A DNA stretch of 63,730 nt, the filler included, from Sluysia triapertura (taxonomy: Eukaryota): assembly GCA_046118255.1 (NCBI GenBank). It is 5 parts of 5 records of this genome, joined end to end, with 100 filler letters (N's around TTAATTAATTAA, not from the genome) between each part and the next. Parts side by side here need not be neighbours in the genome. Positions count along the whole stretch, not along the records: positions 51,914 to 63,730 come from JBJNIA010167814.1; 4 more parts are not named here. One strand, given 5' to 3'. The notes below the pieces were generated by a model. The model did no database searches and was not told where the DNA came from. It saw only the letters and a program-made list of their open reading frames with translations. This document shows positions 52,801 to 63,730 of the stretch, in pieces. Position numbers and translations under genes: made by a program. Each line of letters starts with the position of its first letter. Position 1 is the first letter of the stretch.

Positions 52801-53549
52801 ATTTATCAAAATACTAAGTGTTTAATCTTTAGAAATGTTAAGTTTTTCTTTAAAGTTATTGTTACCAAAGGATTTTATTGTAATTACTCTTTGTTACGTT
52901 GACCTAAAATATTTAAATAACATGATTACTATTAATTTTCTAGATATTGTTAGTGTCTATTGCGTCACTCCTTGTTGTTTTGTTTTATTTAGATTGAAAT
53001 ATCTCTGGTTTTATCATATTATAAATTTTTTTGAATGTTACATCATTTTGTTACTATAATTGTTTTAAAATGTTCATTAAAAGTACTTAAAATCATTTAA
53101 CGGTTCCTAAACTTCTCCACTAAATTGAAACAGCAAAATTAAAAGATTGATTAATGAAATTTGACTTTCTGCATAAAAACATTAATAAAGTTTAGCATTA
53201 TTTATTGAATCCAAAAAGCTTAAATGTAATTTTTTTTAAAAAAAATAAAAATATTAATAAAATTTAGATTACTTATTAAAATACACTTTTAATTTTGTAA
53301 CGTGAAGTTAAGAAATCGATATTTTAACTTCTATTTTAGTTATTTTACTTTGTTAATATCGATATTTTTGGAAATTATTTTACCCACAACTCATGCCTTG
53401 CTATCTTTGTACGACACTTCCCAATTGCACATGGAGTCATTTTTACTTATCGTTATTAACGATGTTGAATTAACGAATTTTACAAATATATCTTAATGCA
53501 TATCTGTAATATCTTTACCAACAACATCATTTCACTGTATGAAATTTCT

Positions 53550-53780
53550 AATACTATACGTTTGAGTCATAATACTTTCGAATTTTTTTCTGTGATATAC
53601 CAGTATTTCGAATGAATCTATTTGAAGTAGCTCTTCTCATTATTGTCCTTTCATCATCTGTTTTAACCAACCAACATTTGTTGATACAATCTCGTAAAAC
53701 ATTACACGGTACTTTAAGATTCCAACCATTATTTGTAAAATATAACATCTTCGGATTCTTTTATTTTTAATATAAATTGG
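53550..53780 (-). mobile_element. Possible Ty3/Gypsy integrase C-terminal remnant
   Basis: CWLVKTDDERTIMRR resembles the RSY.V.T..G..YRR tail. A gag-like CISENA*ETYRTIK lies at about 57065-57020 on the same strand. Heavily decayed. Confidence 0.25.
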
Positions 53781-53940
53781 GCTTGCGTCACATTCCCATA
53801 TGTCATTAGTTTTGATAACAAAATCAATTTTATTTAATGTTATACCATTTTTCCGTATTATTTCTTTATTTCGATTAATTTCGGAATCGTTATAATGAAT
53901 GCTGTGCTAAATATTTGTTTTAAATATTCATTTCAATACA

Positions 53941-54007
53941 AGTATGACTTGGCTGAGTTCATGCAAGGAAAACCTTAATATTGGACAAAATCAAATTTTA
54001 ATTAATT
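53941..54007. repeat. About 67-bp repeat, inverted partner at 56321-56388
   Basis: gagttcatgcaaggaaaaccttaatattg versus the reverse complement of caatattaaggctttccttgcatgaactc. Confidence 0.7.
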
Positions 54008-54316
54008 CTCGAAACTAAAACATTAAATTCTTCATATTTAGAATGATGAAATGGAATGAACTAAATATGAGAATAATTTATAAATATTTATAATATCGTA
54101 GGAAATATTTATTCTTTATCTGAGATAAAAAGTTTAATTATTATCCAGGTACTAAACTAAAATTATAATAATGATAATCAAAAATATAATAATAATAAAT
54201 TGTAAATAATAATAATACGTAAACAAACTATAACAAAAAAATATTTAATGTAATAAAAATAATATTTATACAATAATTATTACCATACTAGATTTATCCT
54301 TCAGACAAATAACAAC

Positions 54317-54490
54317 GATTTTAAACACTTTATAAGATTACTTGAAGGTCTCAGATGCTTATCAAGGTTTCAAGAATACTTAAAGGTTAATAAAGTCTGA
54401 GATGATCTCAAGGTTCACATATTTAAAGATACTTTAATACTTCTGAAGCTTTTCCAAACCCATCTCAAACTTTGACAAGATCTCAACACA
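54317..54490 (+). repeat. About 175-bp dispersed direct repeat, second copy at 56719-56892
   Basis: Shared aaacactt..ataagattact.gaag.tct.agatgcttatcaaggtttca...gatgatctcaa.gttcaca...tctcaacac. Confidence 0.8.
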
Positions 54491-55954
54491 ATTATAAATG
54501 TTTCCATCTTCATCATTCATCATTTTGTATTAATTCTTCATACACCTGTAATTTCATGCTTTTCCTAGAGATAGTTGGCCAATCTCATAATTTTATTAAA
54601 CATAAATTAAATCAAAATTTCAACTGTGTTTCAAGTCAAAGTCATTTGTTAATATTATATTACCAAAACAATTATTAATAATAACGTTTAATAATAACGT
54701 TATCCTGATATTATTTTTGAACTAGATAAATCCTGTCTCGGCACACAGATGAATTCACTAATTTCATTTATTTATTTTTATGATTGTACATTAAATCCTT
54801 CAAAAGAAACCACATCAATATCGTGCCTCCTGTTAGATCATAACAATAAAAATGTGAAATGAGATATTAAAAATCAACAAAAACTAAGAGTGAAGAATTC
54901 GTCGCATTTAATTAGCGCAAAAATATCCACGAAGTAAACGTAAAAACGTGAAAAATCCACTAAAAACAGAATATTAACAAACACAAACAAATAAATAAAC
55001 AAAACATACATGGTCACAATTAAAACCTGATGTATATACGACTAAAATAAAGCGAAAATATGTAGCCAAAACTACTATAAATCGTAATTAACTAATATGT
55101 AGAGAAAATAGGCTATTCAACTATAGTATAAGATCATTTTCGTATTGCTGTGATTTTTCTTAAATCAAAATAAAAAAATTGAGTAAACGATTTATATTGT
55201 ATAGAAGGCGTTTCTATAACTATCTGTGCGTGAATCTTAATCAAACGAATTTTATGTATGAGGACCTAATCAATCCGATTACAAATAATAATTAAAAGCC
55301 AAAAGTTTATTAAAAATTATTAAATTAAGGCAACAAGAAATAAGTTAAACAAATTATATTTCAAAATTAAAATACTGGCGGATCTTTAATTTTAATAGTT
55401 TAGATTTTCATTTACAAAAATTTCCCTCATTATGTCGGAGCAAATAAAATATAATTATAAAAATTAATTTAAGTAAATTTTTATGTTTTTACGCCTTTTA
55501 CGAAGATAAAAATGCCCAACACAAAAACAACTTACTAATGACAGGAAGATATCCAGAAAAGTCGCCTACGTAGAAGTGTTGCTCTCTCTGTATTTAATAA
55601 TAATAGCACATTAATATCGATTAATCTATTTAACAAAATCTCAATAATTAATCACTAAATCCAATATAAAATTATCACAAATTTCCTTATTTCGGTGATG
55701 TTATTTATTCAACCGAAATATTAAGTTTTAAATATAAAATAAACAACAATTCAATAATTTAATGATTACAAAAAATATCAAATACAAATTACTGTTATAA
55801 GTCTTTACTAAACAACAATAAAATGAGAAAAGCTACAGGATTAACAATAACGTTTAGAATAGTATCAAGGATATGACAATCTATGTGAAGAAACCAGGAG
55901 TGATGCAACAAACACTAAAAATATCAATATCCAGAAAGTTTAAAATAGTAATGA

Positions 55955-56185
55955 TGCTTAAATATTTTAAAAATAAATTTGGCAGAGTGCCTCCCAAGAA
56001 ATTATCTTACAATTAGCTAAAAAATAAATTATTAACTTAAAATATTTTAAATATAAATTGATCAGAGTGTCTGCCGTGAAGTTAACTTAAAATTGCTAAA
56101 AATAAAATGATTAATAAAAATATTTTAAAAATAAATTTGACATGGTGTCTCCCACAAAGTTAACTTTGAAATCCCTAAAAAATCA
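55955..56185 (-). repeat. Three degenerate units of about 79 nt, related in inverted orientation to the 52.4-52.8 kb array
   Basis: Cores gagtgcctcccaagaaa, gagtgtctgccgtgaag and ggtgtctcccacaaag (reverse complement tttgtgggagacacc). A further single unit lies at about 59551. Confidence 0.6.
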
Positions 56186-57938
56186 AATTTAATACTTTTT
56201 GTTTGTTCTTATTCTCAAACAAACCATTTTACAAACATTTCAAACTCGCTTCTAGATTCTACTCTTCCATAGCAATCATCTCATATTCCATTCATCACAT
56301 TTGCATCACTCTTAGTATAAAAATTAATTAAAATATGACTTTGCTCAATATTAAGGCTTTCCTTGCATGAACTCGGTCAAACCATATCTTCATCAAAAGG
56401 TCTTTTCAAAGTAAATATATACAATTTCAAATTCATCATAGATTCCGCATTCAAAAGTTATTCACAAACACGTTCTTTTTCTTAATTAAGTTAATTAAGA
56501 TTTTAATTAATAAACATTTTTAGACTTAATCTTATTTTATGTTTAAAGGTTTTATTAAGGTACTAAAGCTATTTAGTAATTTAGAAGGCATTCAGGAGGC
56601 TCTAGATATATTCACCTTCATCTCTCCGATTCTTTTTTCTACTTCTTGATGTTAATTATTACACATTAAACTTATCTTTATTATTTTGAACAACGATTTT
56701 ATTTCTCAAATTTTTAAAGATTTCAAACACTTTATAAGATTACTCGAAGATCTTAGATGCTTATCAAGGTTTCAGGTATGCTTAAAGGTTTATAAGGTCT
56801 CAGATGATCTCAATGTTCACAAGCTCAAAGGTACTCTAATACCTTCAAAGGTCTTTCAAGTCCATTTCAAGCTTCTACAAGGTCTCAACACCCCATATAG
56901 GTCTTTGAAACTCTAAGGTATTCTTCAGCTGTTAACATTAATATAAATATTTTAATTCTTATGATTCATATTTGAACGCTGCTTATAATGTTCAATCCAT
57001 CACTTGGTATCAGTCCTCTCTTCATTTTATAGTTCTATATGTTTCTCAGGCATTTTCTGATATACAGATGGGCAACCCCAACAAAAGAAATGATCCAAAT
57101 TTTGATAATTGAAGTCCAACTGAGTAGATTTTAAAATGGAATCTTTATTTTAAAAATTGAATTATAATAATGATTATGACTAATTCCAGCTATTCATATA
57201 TGCCAACAGCCTATCATAAGTGAATAGAATTCTAGAATATTCTAGAACACCTGTCTTTTTCTATATGTAGTAAGGAATGTTTTAGAAAATAAGGCTTAAA
57301 TTTTGTAGGTTTTCACTTTTTAAAATGATTGGTTAGGTAGGAAAATACTGAATTAATAAAAATGTTATGCATTATGGAAATTAAATAATTATTGGATATA
57401 AGTTGTTATCAACAAAAATACTATATTAATAGCAGAATTATCTGAATAAATAACACAATGTTCTAACTACATTTTGTAAGTCGTAGACAATGAGATTCTT
57501 ATTATGGGAAGTAAGTGCAATACATTCTGTAATATTCTCACTATTGATGCAAAACTTTTTAAATATAAAATCTTTCTTGGAGAAATAATTAATAATTTAT
57601 AATAGATATATCTGATTATTATTATTTATACAGCAATTGTTAATTTACTCAAATATTTAATTTATTATAATTTATTTATTATTATTATAGATTTGAAATT
57701 AAATAACAAATTTGAAGTCATTTAAAAATGACACTTCTATCTCTATCAAACAAAAGAGACGAGTCAAAATTACCCACGATAATAAATTAATAATGATAGA
57801 CTATTTTAATACTTGTTATGAGGTTAAAATTTAAAAATTATTAATCAAAATTTAATAAATTCAAAGTTTTAATAGAAGTTTGTAATTTCAGAGTTGTTTT
57901 AGAAAGAATATAAACAACAAATAGATTTCATGTAATAT

Positions 57939-58778
57939 TTATTTACATCTACATAAACATTTTTGAAATTTTCTAAATAAAATCAAATAAACAACTGGAT
58001 TAACAACAGTTAATAAAATAATTAAGAGATCCATAATAAACATTTCAATATATCCTTCAAATGCTTTTTGTGCGATCACGAATTGAAAAATAAAAACTAC
58101 TATAATACCTACAGTTAAATAAATCGATGATGATATTAAATTTGTTACAGTAAATCGAATATATAAACGTTTACGATTTTTTATTTCAGTTTCAGATAAT
58201 AATGATTTATTGATTGTTGTTTTCAAAGCAAAACATGTGAATATATTAATTAAAAATAATAAAATAAGTGGTGATAAAGTAAATATCAAATAAAGAATAA
58301 ATCCGTATTTCTCATTCCCATTAAAATCATACTTATATATAATGAGAATTACATCTGGTATATAAAGGCATAAACCCAATAAAATACCAATTATTATTCC
58401 GATTATATAATGATGCATTTTAATACGTTGATATAATAAACAAAATTTAATACAAATTAGTCGATCAATACTCAATAATGCCATCATGTATGAACTGCAA
58501 TTCGATAACATCCAAAATATATTAAACTTTAAATCTATTATATAGTCACTTAATTTTAAATCATCCAAATTCCAATAAAATAATAATGCACTTAAAATTG
58601 TCAATATATCCAAAATAGTTTGAACTTTCATAATCAAAATGGATTTTTTCGGTGCCACTTTAATACGATGAATGAAAATAAAAAATATAATATTTATTAC
58701 GATACAAATAATCATAATGATAATTTTTATAATAAAAATTGTCCATGTCTCTACTTCATAAAAAAAGTCAAATTTCAT
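57939..58778 (-). CDS. Orphan class A (rhodopsin-like) GPCR, intronless, about 279 aa
   Basis: Seven hydrophobic helices: TM1 N (VINII), TM2 D (TILDIL), TM3 SSYMMALLSIDRLICI, TM5 SPLILL and TM7 NPVVY, with a C-terminal CLCRCK. First ATG at 58778; the frame is open to 58883. Confidence 0.88.
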   Translation of the reverse strand: MKFDFFYEVETWTIFIIKIIIMIICIVINIIFFIFIHRIKVAPKKSILIMKVQTILDILTILSALLFYWNLDDLKLSDYIIDLKFNIFWMLSNCSSYMMALLSIDRLICIKFCLLYQRIKMHHYIIGIIIGILLGLCLYIPDVILIIYKYDFNGNEKYGFILYLIFTLSPLILLFLINIFTCFALKTTINKSLLSETEIKNRKRLYIRFTVTNLISSSIYLTVGIIVVFIFQFVIAQKAFEGYIEMFIMDLLIILLTVVNPVVYLILFRKFQKCLCRCK

Positions 58779-60974
58779 TTTAAAAATAATAATGGATGCG
58801 TTATTGGCACATTTATTTATGTAATCTGTACTCTTGATGATTGGTTGCTTGATTTTTAGACCAATAACTAATGACAAAATCAAAAACTAAATATTTCAGA
58901 GAAACAAAAAATTAAAATGGATGTTACACAATGTTTAAATTCAATAAAAATGTAAAATTGGTTCATTTCATAATGCAATTTAATAATTTCATCTATTGAC
59001 TAATTAAATTTGATTATATTGCAATGATTATTTCGTAAGTGCAATAAATGAACATTCTCAAAAGTATTCTTAAAGATTCCATTTAAATAAAACTGTAAAA
59101 TTCATTATAATAAAAAGTAGATGAGTTTATGGCTCAATTGATATCACAAATTACAAATTACAATTTAAATAATTCTTGCTTTAATCTGTTACCATCTTCA
59201 ATATGTTTAACTACTTTATAACCGTTTTTAAAAGAGATTTTGATTATTTGTGTAAAAGTAATTCCTGATTGTGAGTTTGAGAGTGATTGGACAGCAAAAA
59301 GATATAAAAACGATTAGATATAGAAATTTTTTCACAATACAACACATGGGACATCGTTTACGAGAAAAATAACATTTTTGTTTATTTTATAATTTTAATT
59401 AATTAAAATACATTTTTTATTTTGGGAAATTTTTTGACGATTGATAAATTTGAATATTTTTGGAGCTCACTGTCCAAATTGTTATTATTTTACTATTATT
59501 TTAGGATTCAATTTTGATTTTTAACTTTTAGCTTTTGATTTTAATTGAATAGTGGGAGACTCCCTGCCTAAATTATTTTTACAGTTTTTTTGGTTATTAA
59601 GTTAAAATAAATACATTTGACATGACATAAATATAATTGCTATTGGCTCTAATTTCTGTGGGTATTGATATTGTAACTAATATTCTTGAAGATCTAATCA
59701 TTTTAGTTGATTTACTCATAATATTATATTTGATTTTCTTTTGTAGCTAATGTAGTATTAAGTTGTTATTTAATTTGAAAATAATAATAAATAACTTTTG
59801 GGTTGAATAAATTTCGTTATTAAGATAAGAAAATTGATGATAAATTGTAATTGTTAATTGAATTTACAAGGATATTAATAAATAAATTACAATTTGCATT
59901 TATTATGCGAATACTAAAATTAAGAGGATAATCAATATTTAGTAACCATTTCACGATCACTAAAGATACACTAAAATTATGGAATTTTACGGTCTACGAC
60001 GAACAGACTTAACTTCGTAGCTTCTGCCAAACCCTGTATTATCCAACTAGTTTCGGTACCACTTAATAGGCAATATCACTCTGAGGTAAACATTTGCCCG
60101 CATCATTGTGTACAGAATTTTCCAAAAGATTTAAATGACCTTAATAAATCCGATATAAATCCGAATTACAAGATTTACAAGTTTCTACAAGCAGACATAC
60201 GTAAGTCTTAGTGATTTTATCATAATTATTTTCACTAACGGATTAAGCAACTTTGAAATTAAACTTAATACATTAAATAAAGCTACCAGTATTAACAATA
60301 TAAATTATATCTGATAAAACCATTCACTTTAAAACATTTTATTTCATCTTACTTATCATCTGAATCACAACTAATCATACTTTACTCATTATCACTTAAG
60401 AGTTATTATAACATATCTTCAGCCACGTAAATATCGCTAATACTAAACGTCAATACAATATAAGCGGTGTCAATCCTCTCAATCACAACGATAGTCAAAT
60501 TACGATATTTATAATTGATTTTTATTATTATAAGTTTGCTATACAAACCTCAAACATATAACGTTTATTTTTTCCGCCGATTTAACGACAGATAAATTAT
60601 TTTAAAATAAAACATATTAAAAGTCCTTAATATTTTATTGCTTTATTGAATCGTTTTTCGTGTCCTCATTTGAGATATTTTATATATTGTTATTAATAAA
60701 AATGTATTTTAAAAATATTAACTAACTTGTGTTAGTTTTGTTTAATGTTAATCCTCTAAAATTATCGATATTCGTGTTTAAGATAAAATTAAATGATTAA
60801 TTACTAAATTAAAAGAAAAACAAATTTTAATAAAAATTTTAAGACTATAGAATAAATAGAATAAATATGAAATTTATAAAATTTTAAATTTAATTTTTTG
60901 ATTATTACGAGCATTTTATTAAATTGCTTACAAAGAACAATATATTTTGTTCATTGTGTTAGACTTCGTAAATT

Positions 60975-61035
60975 TGGACTGACCGGGGACCTTTCACTGC
61001 GCAGTTCGATGCTCTACTATTAAGTTATCAGCCCC
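60975..61035 (-). repeat. tRNA-derived element (pseudo-tRNA or SINE head) with the T-arm deleted
   Basis: GGGCTGA...TCAGTCC-A forms a 7-bp acceptor stem, with an A-box-like TAACTTAATAGTAGAGC and AGGTCCCCGG. The T loop is missing and the anticodon stem is poor, so this is not a functional tRNA. Confidence 0.55.
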
Positions 61036-63354
61036 GTCTAACAAACGGCACCTTAGGCTTATATTCCAACAATTGTTTTGAAAATATTCAATGTAGTGAT
61101 TAAATTTGTGTTAGTCGAGTAACTATTTTGTACCATTAAATTATATCTGACTCGAATTTTTAAGTTATTGAATTGCAGAATCTTAATTAATGTTGTTTAA
61201 CTTTTATCAATAATTTTAACTTTTCTCTAATTAATTAGCTGAACAATATTCTCCTAGAAGTAGATTGAATAAATTGATAGAGTACTTCGAAGTAAACTTC
61301 ACGTCAAGGAAATGAATATAAAAACACAAATAAATAAAATAATAGAATGACTCGGAGATATCATAAGCAGCACTATCAACAAACGAGAAATTAGGATGAG
61401 AAACACTCTATGAAATTAGGAATTATCAAATTATTTATGATAAGAAGCATGCTAATAAAGATTTTTATGATGCCATGGTAAATAAATACATTCAGAATAA
61501 TAAAAGTCAATGAAGTATTAACTCATAAAATATTATTTTATAAATTATTGGAAAAACAACTGAAAATTACGAATAATGTTGTTTATTATATGTATTCATT
61601 ATAATGAAATAATAATAATTTACAGGATAAAAAATGCATTATTTAAATATATTGTATTTATCAAACTGCATTTACGATAAATTTGGAAATGACATTAATG
61701 ATTATTTATAATGATTATTTTATTAGATATATTATTTAAATATATATTTATATATTATTTTTTTTTATTATAGTAATTGTTATTATTTTAATTTTTTAAT
61801 GGAAAATTTCAACGATTTTTAAGGTCATTTATTATAATGTTCAGAAATGTGCAACAGCACATCACGAATACTTTATTATAGAATTAGATTTGATGAATTG
61901 TATGTTTTAATTTAAAGAATATACTATATATTATGAATTATTAAGAGTTAGAGTATAAAAAATATTTGGCTAAAATCGATTCGAGTTATGTTATTGAATC
62001 AAAAGGACTTAATTAATGTATAATATAAAGCTGATTAGTCAAATCAATCATTTATAGACTTGTACCCAATCATATTTGGTTTCACTAATGAGTGTCAGTT
62101 TAAAGAATATATGTACATTAGGCGACATTTGTTAATTATATATTACAAGGATAAATGTGATTAAAAATGTATTATTAAGCAAGTTGATTTCACTTCTATT
62201 TTCACAGCAAAATTATTGGAATCATGAAGCAACATCTGCGTGTATAGCGCAAGGGTCAATGAACGGTGTTATTTTTAAGATAAAAGTCGCGATACATTCA
62301 AGTCTTAAAGTGTGTCATACTTTGAAACGTTTAATCATAAATATTCAGAAGTGTGCCATATTGATAATACTGTTTTCAAACATCCAATAACATGTCATGT
62401 TTACTTTTTAAGACTGCAAATATCTCATCATCCTTAGTTGACACACTTTTGTATACTAGATCATAATTATTTTTAAAACATAAGCCCTTACTAATCATAT
62501 TTACAACTTCAACTTTTAGATAAAATCGCAATTATCATTAATTATTATGAATAACTTCTTTCAAAACGAAGCAGAATTCAAAAATGCTTTTGTCACTAAA
62601 TTAAATCACATGTTTTAATAACTTGTTCATAAAATGTTCCCACTTCAAATATTTGTCCCTCCTCTTTCGTAGTCATTCATTTCATCAACTCCATCAATTC
62701 AATCGTCTAGCTACACTGATTGAATAAAAGAGCAAAAAATCATGACCACAAACATTTGTAACAGACATTGGGAAATGGAATTATCTCTATGGAAATAATA
62801 TATTATTGAAATATATAATTACGAAACATTTATTTAGCGATATGTTATGGTTTAATATTACTGTGATATTGTTTACAGACTTATCGTTTATTGATTATTT
62901 ATTAAATGACAATTATAAAATTTAATTATTATAAAATTTATAAAATTTACAACGGAGTTACCCAATAAATTAGAGAGGATGAAAAACAAATGAAGATAAC
63001 ATTTAATAAGAGATTGAATCACAAAAAGAAATTGAACTTTGATCTTTTTTGCAATCTGATCAAGCTGTAGGCTTGAACTGAGAGTTTCGGTTTGGTATCT
63101 TTTAGTAGTATGTTTGATTCGATATCCAGTTTTATTTCACTTATTTTACATATTATATTAATTAGCGTTGGTAAAGTTGCATCGACTCTAGCTGGGGCTA
63201 GAATCTTTTGATTACGCTTAACTTCATGTATATCACACAAATCTCCATTCGTAAATATAGTCTCTACATTTCCACAAATAGTACAATCAGCATTCTTTAG
63301 ATCATTTACTATTAATTTTATTTCCATACTAGCTCTAAAAGTCTTAGAATATTT

Positions 63355-63360
63355 TGTCAC

Positions 63361-63403
<43 letters not shown>

Positions 63404-63730
63404 GTGTTGGAAAAATTTTAGAAATCTTTATTTTATATTCTCTCATCATCCAATCAATTCACAATCTCACAACCAAACACAATCTCACACAAATCATCCG
63501 AACCTCTTTGAGAATCCGACCGACAATAACAATTTTGACAATTACGTGTTACGGTATGTCAAACTTTATTAGGTACAATACATAGAAATCTGATTTATTA
63601 TCAACCATCATTTCCTTTTACTCTACTTAATCTATTTTTTCTTTAATTACTTTTCACATTAAAATAACAATCATCAATACTGTTAACATACATAAAAATA
63701 ATGAATTTAATTTCACTTTCTATTATTTAA
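63355..63730 (+). repeat. Interspersed LTR-like repeat, copy 2 (starts TGTCAC; contains an expanded (TTA)n)
   Basis: Inverted homolog of 51939-52269. (TTA)n at about 63362-63403 replaces the short GTTGTTATT of copy 1. Confidence 0.75.

Noticed and set aside
62620-62720. IDGVDEM on the minus strand, like a NACHT Walker B
   Set aside because: An isolated motif among stops, with no Walker A found.
63019-63360. 113-aa ORF with CxxC
   Set aside because: Its start codon comes from the adjacent repeat and I recognise no family. It could be an exon or a relic, but that is unsupported.

Overview
Very AT-rich eukaryotic, animal genomic DNA (cadherin, class A GPCR, Integrator subunit), not prokaryotic. 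Many introns are only about 39-55 nt and the proteins are highly divergent. This fits a compact parasite genome such as the orthonectid Intoshia linei, but that is inference only. The window is not contiguous: four 100-nt spacers (N44-TTAATTAATTAA-N44) join five pieces, A 1-12021, B 12122-25584, C 25685-37378, D 37479-51813 and E 51914-63730. Genes I can reconstruct with GT-AG junctions and consistent phase: the last exon of a SERINC; an intronless 259-aa secreted protein; a complete INTS6 (about 898 aa, with a candidate 12-nt microexon); a convergent 8-exon, 834-aa gene with six divergent RRM-like repeats; eight internal exons of a large cadherin-repeat protein; and an intronless orphan class A GPCR. 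Decayed host-gene pieces: GT31 glycosyltransferase, ZIP transporter, TFG-like PB1, KANK-like coiled coil and Myb/SANT-like. Mobile-element relics: an RLE-type non-LTR element (Utopia/NeSL-like), an L2-type LINE 3' end, a Buster-like hAT terminus, a 72-bp piggyBac-type MITE, tRNA-derived SINE heads and LTR-like repeats. The most interesting object is the six-RRM-like gene, in which four repeats share a phase-2 intron at the same position. All family assignments come from motif recognition by eye; no database search was run.
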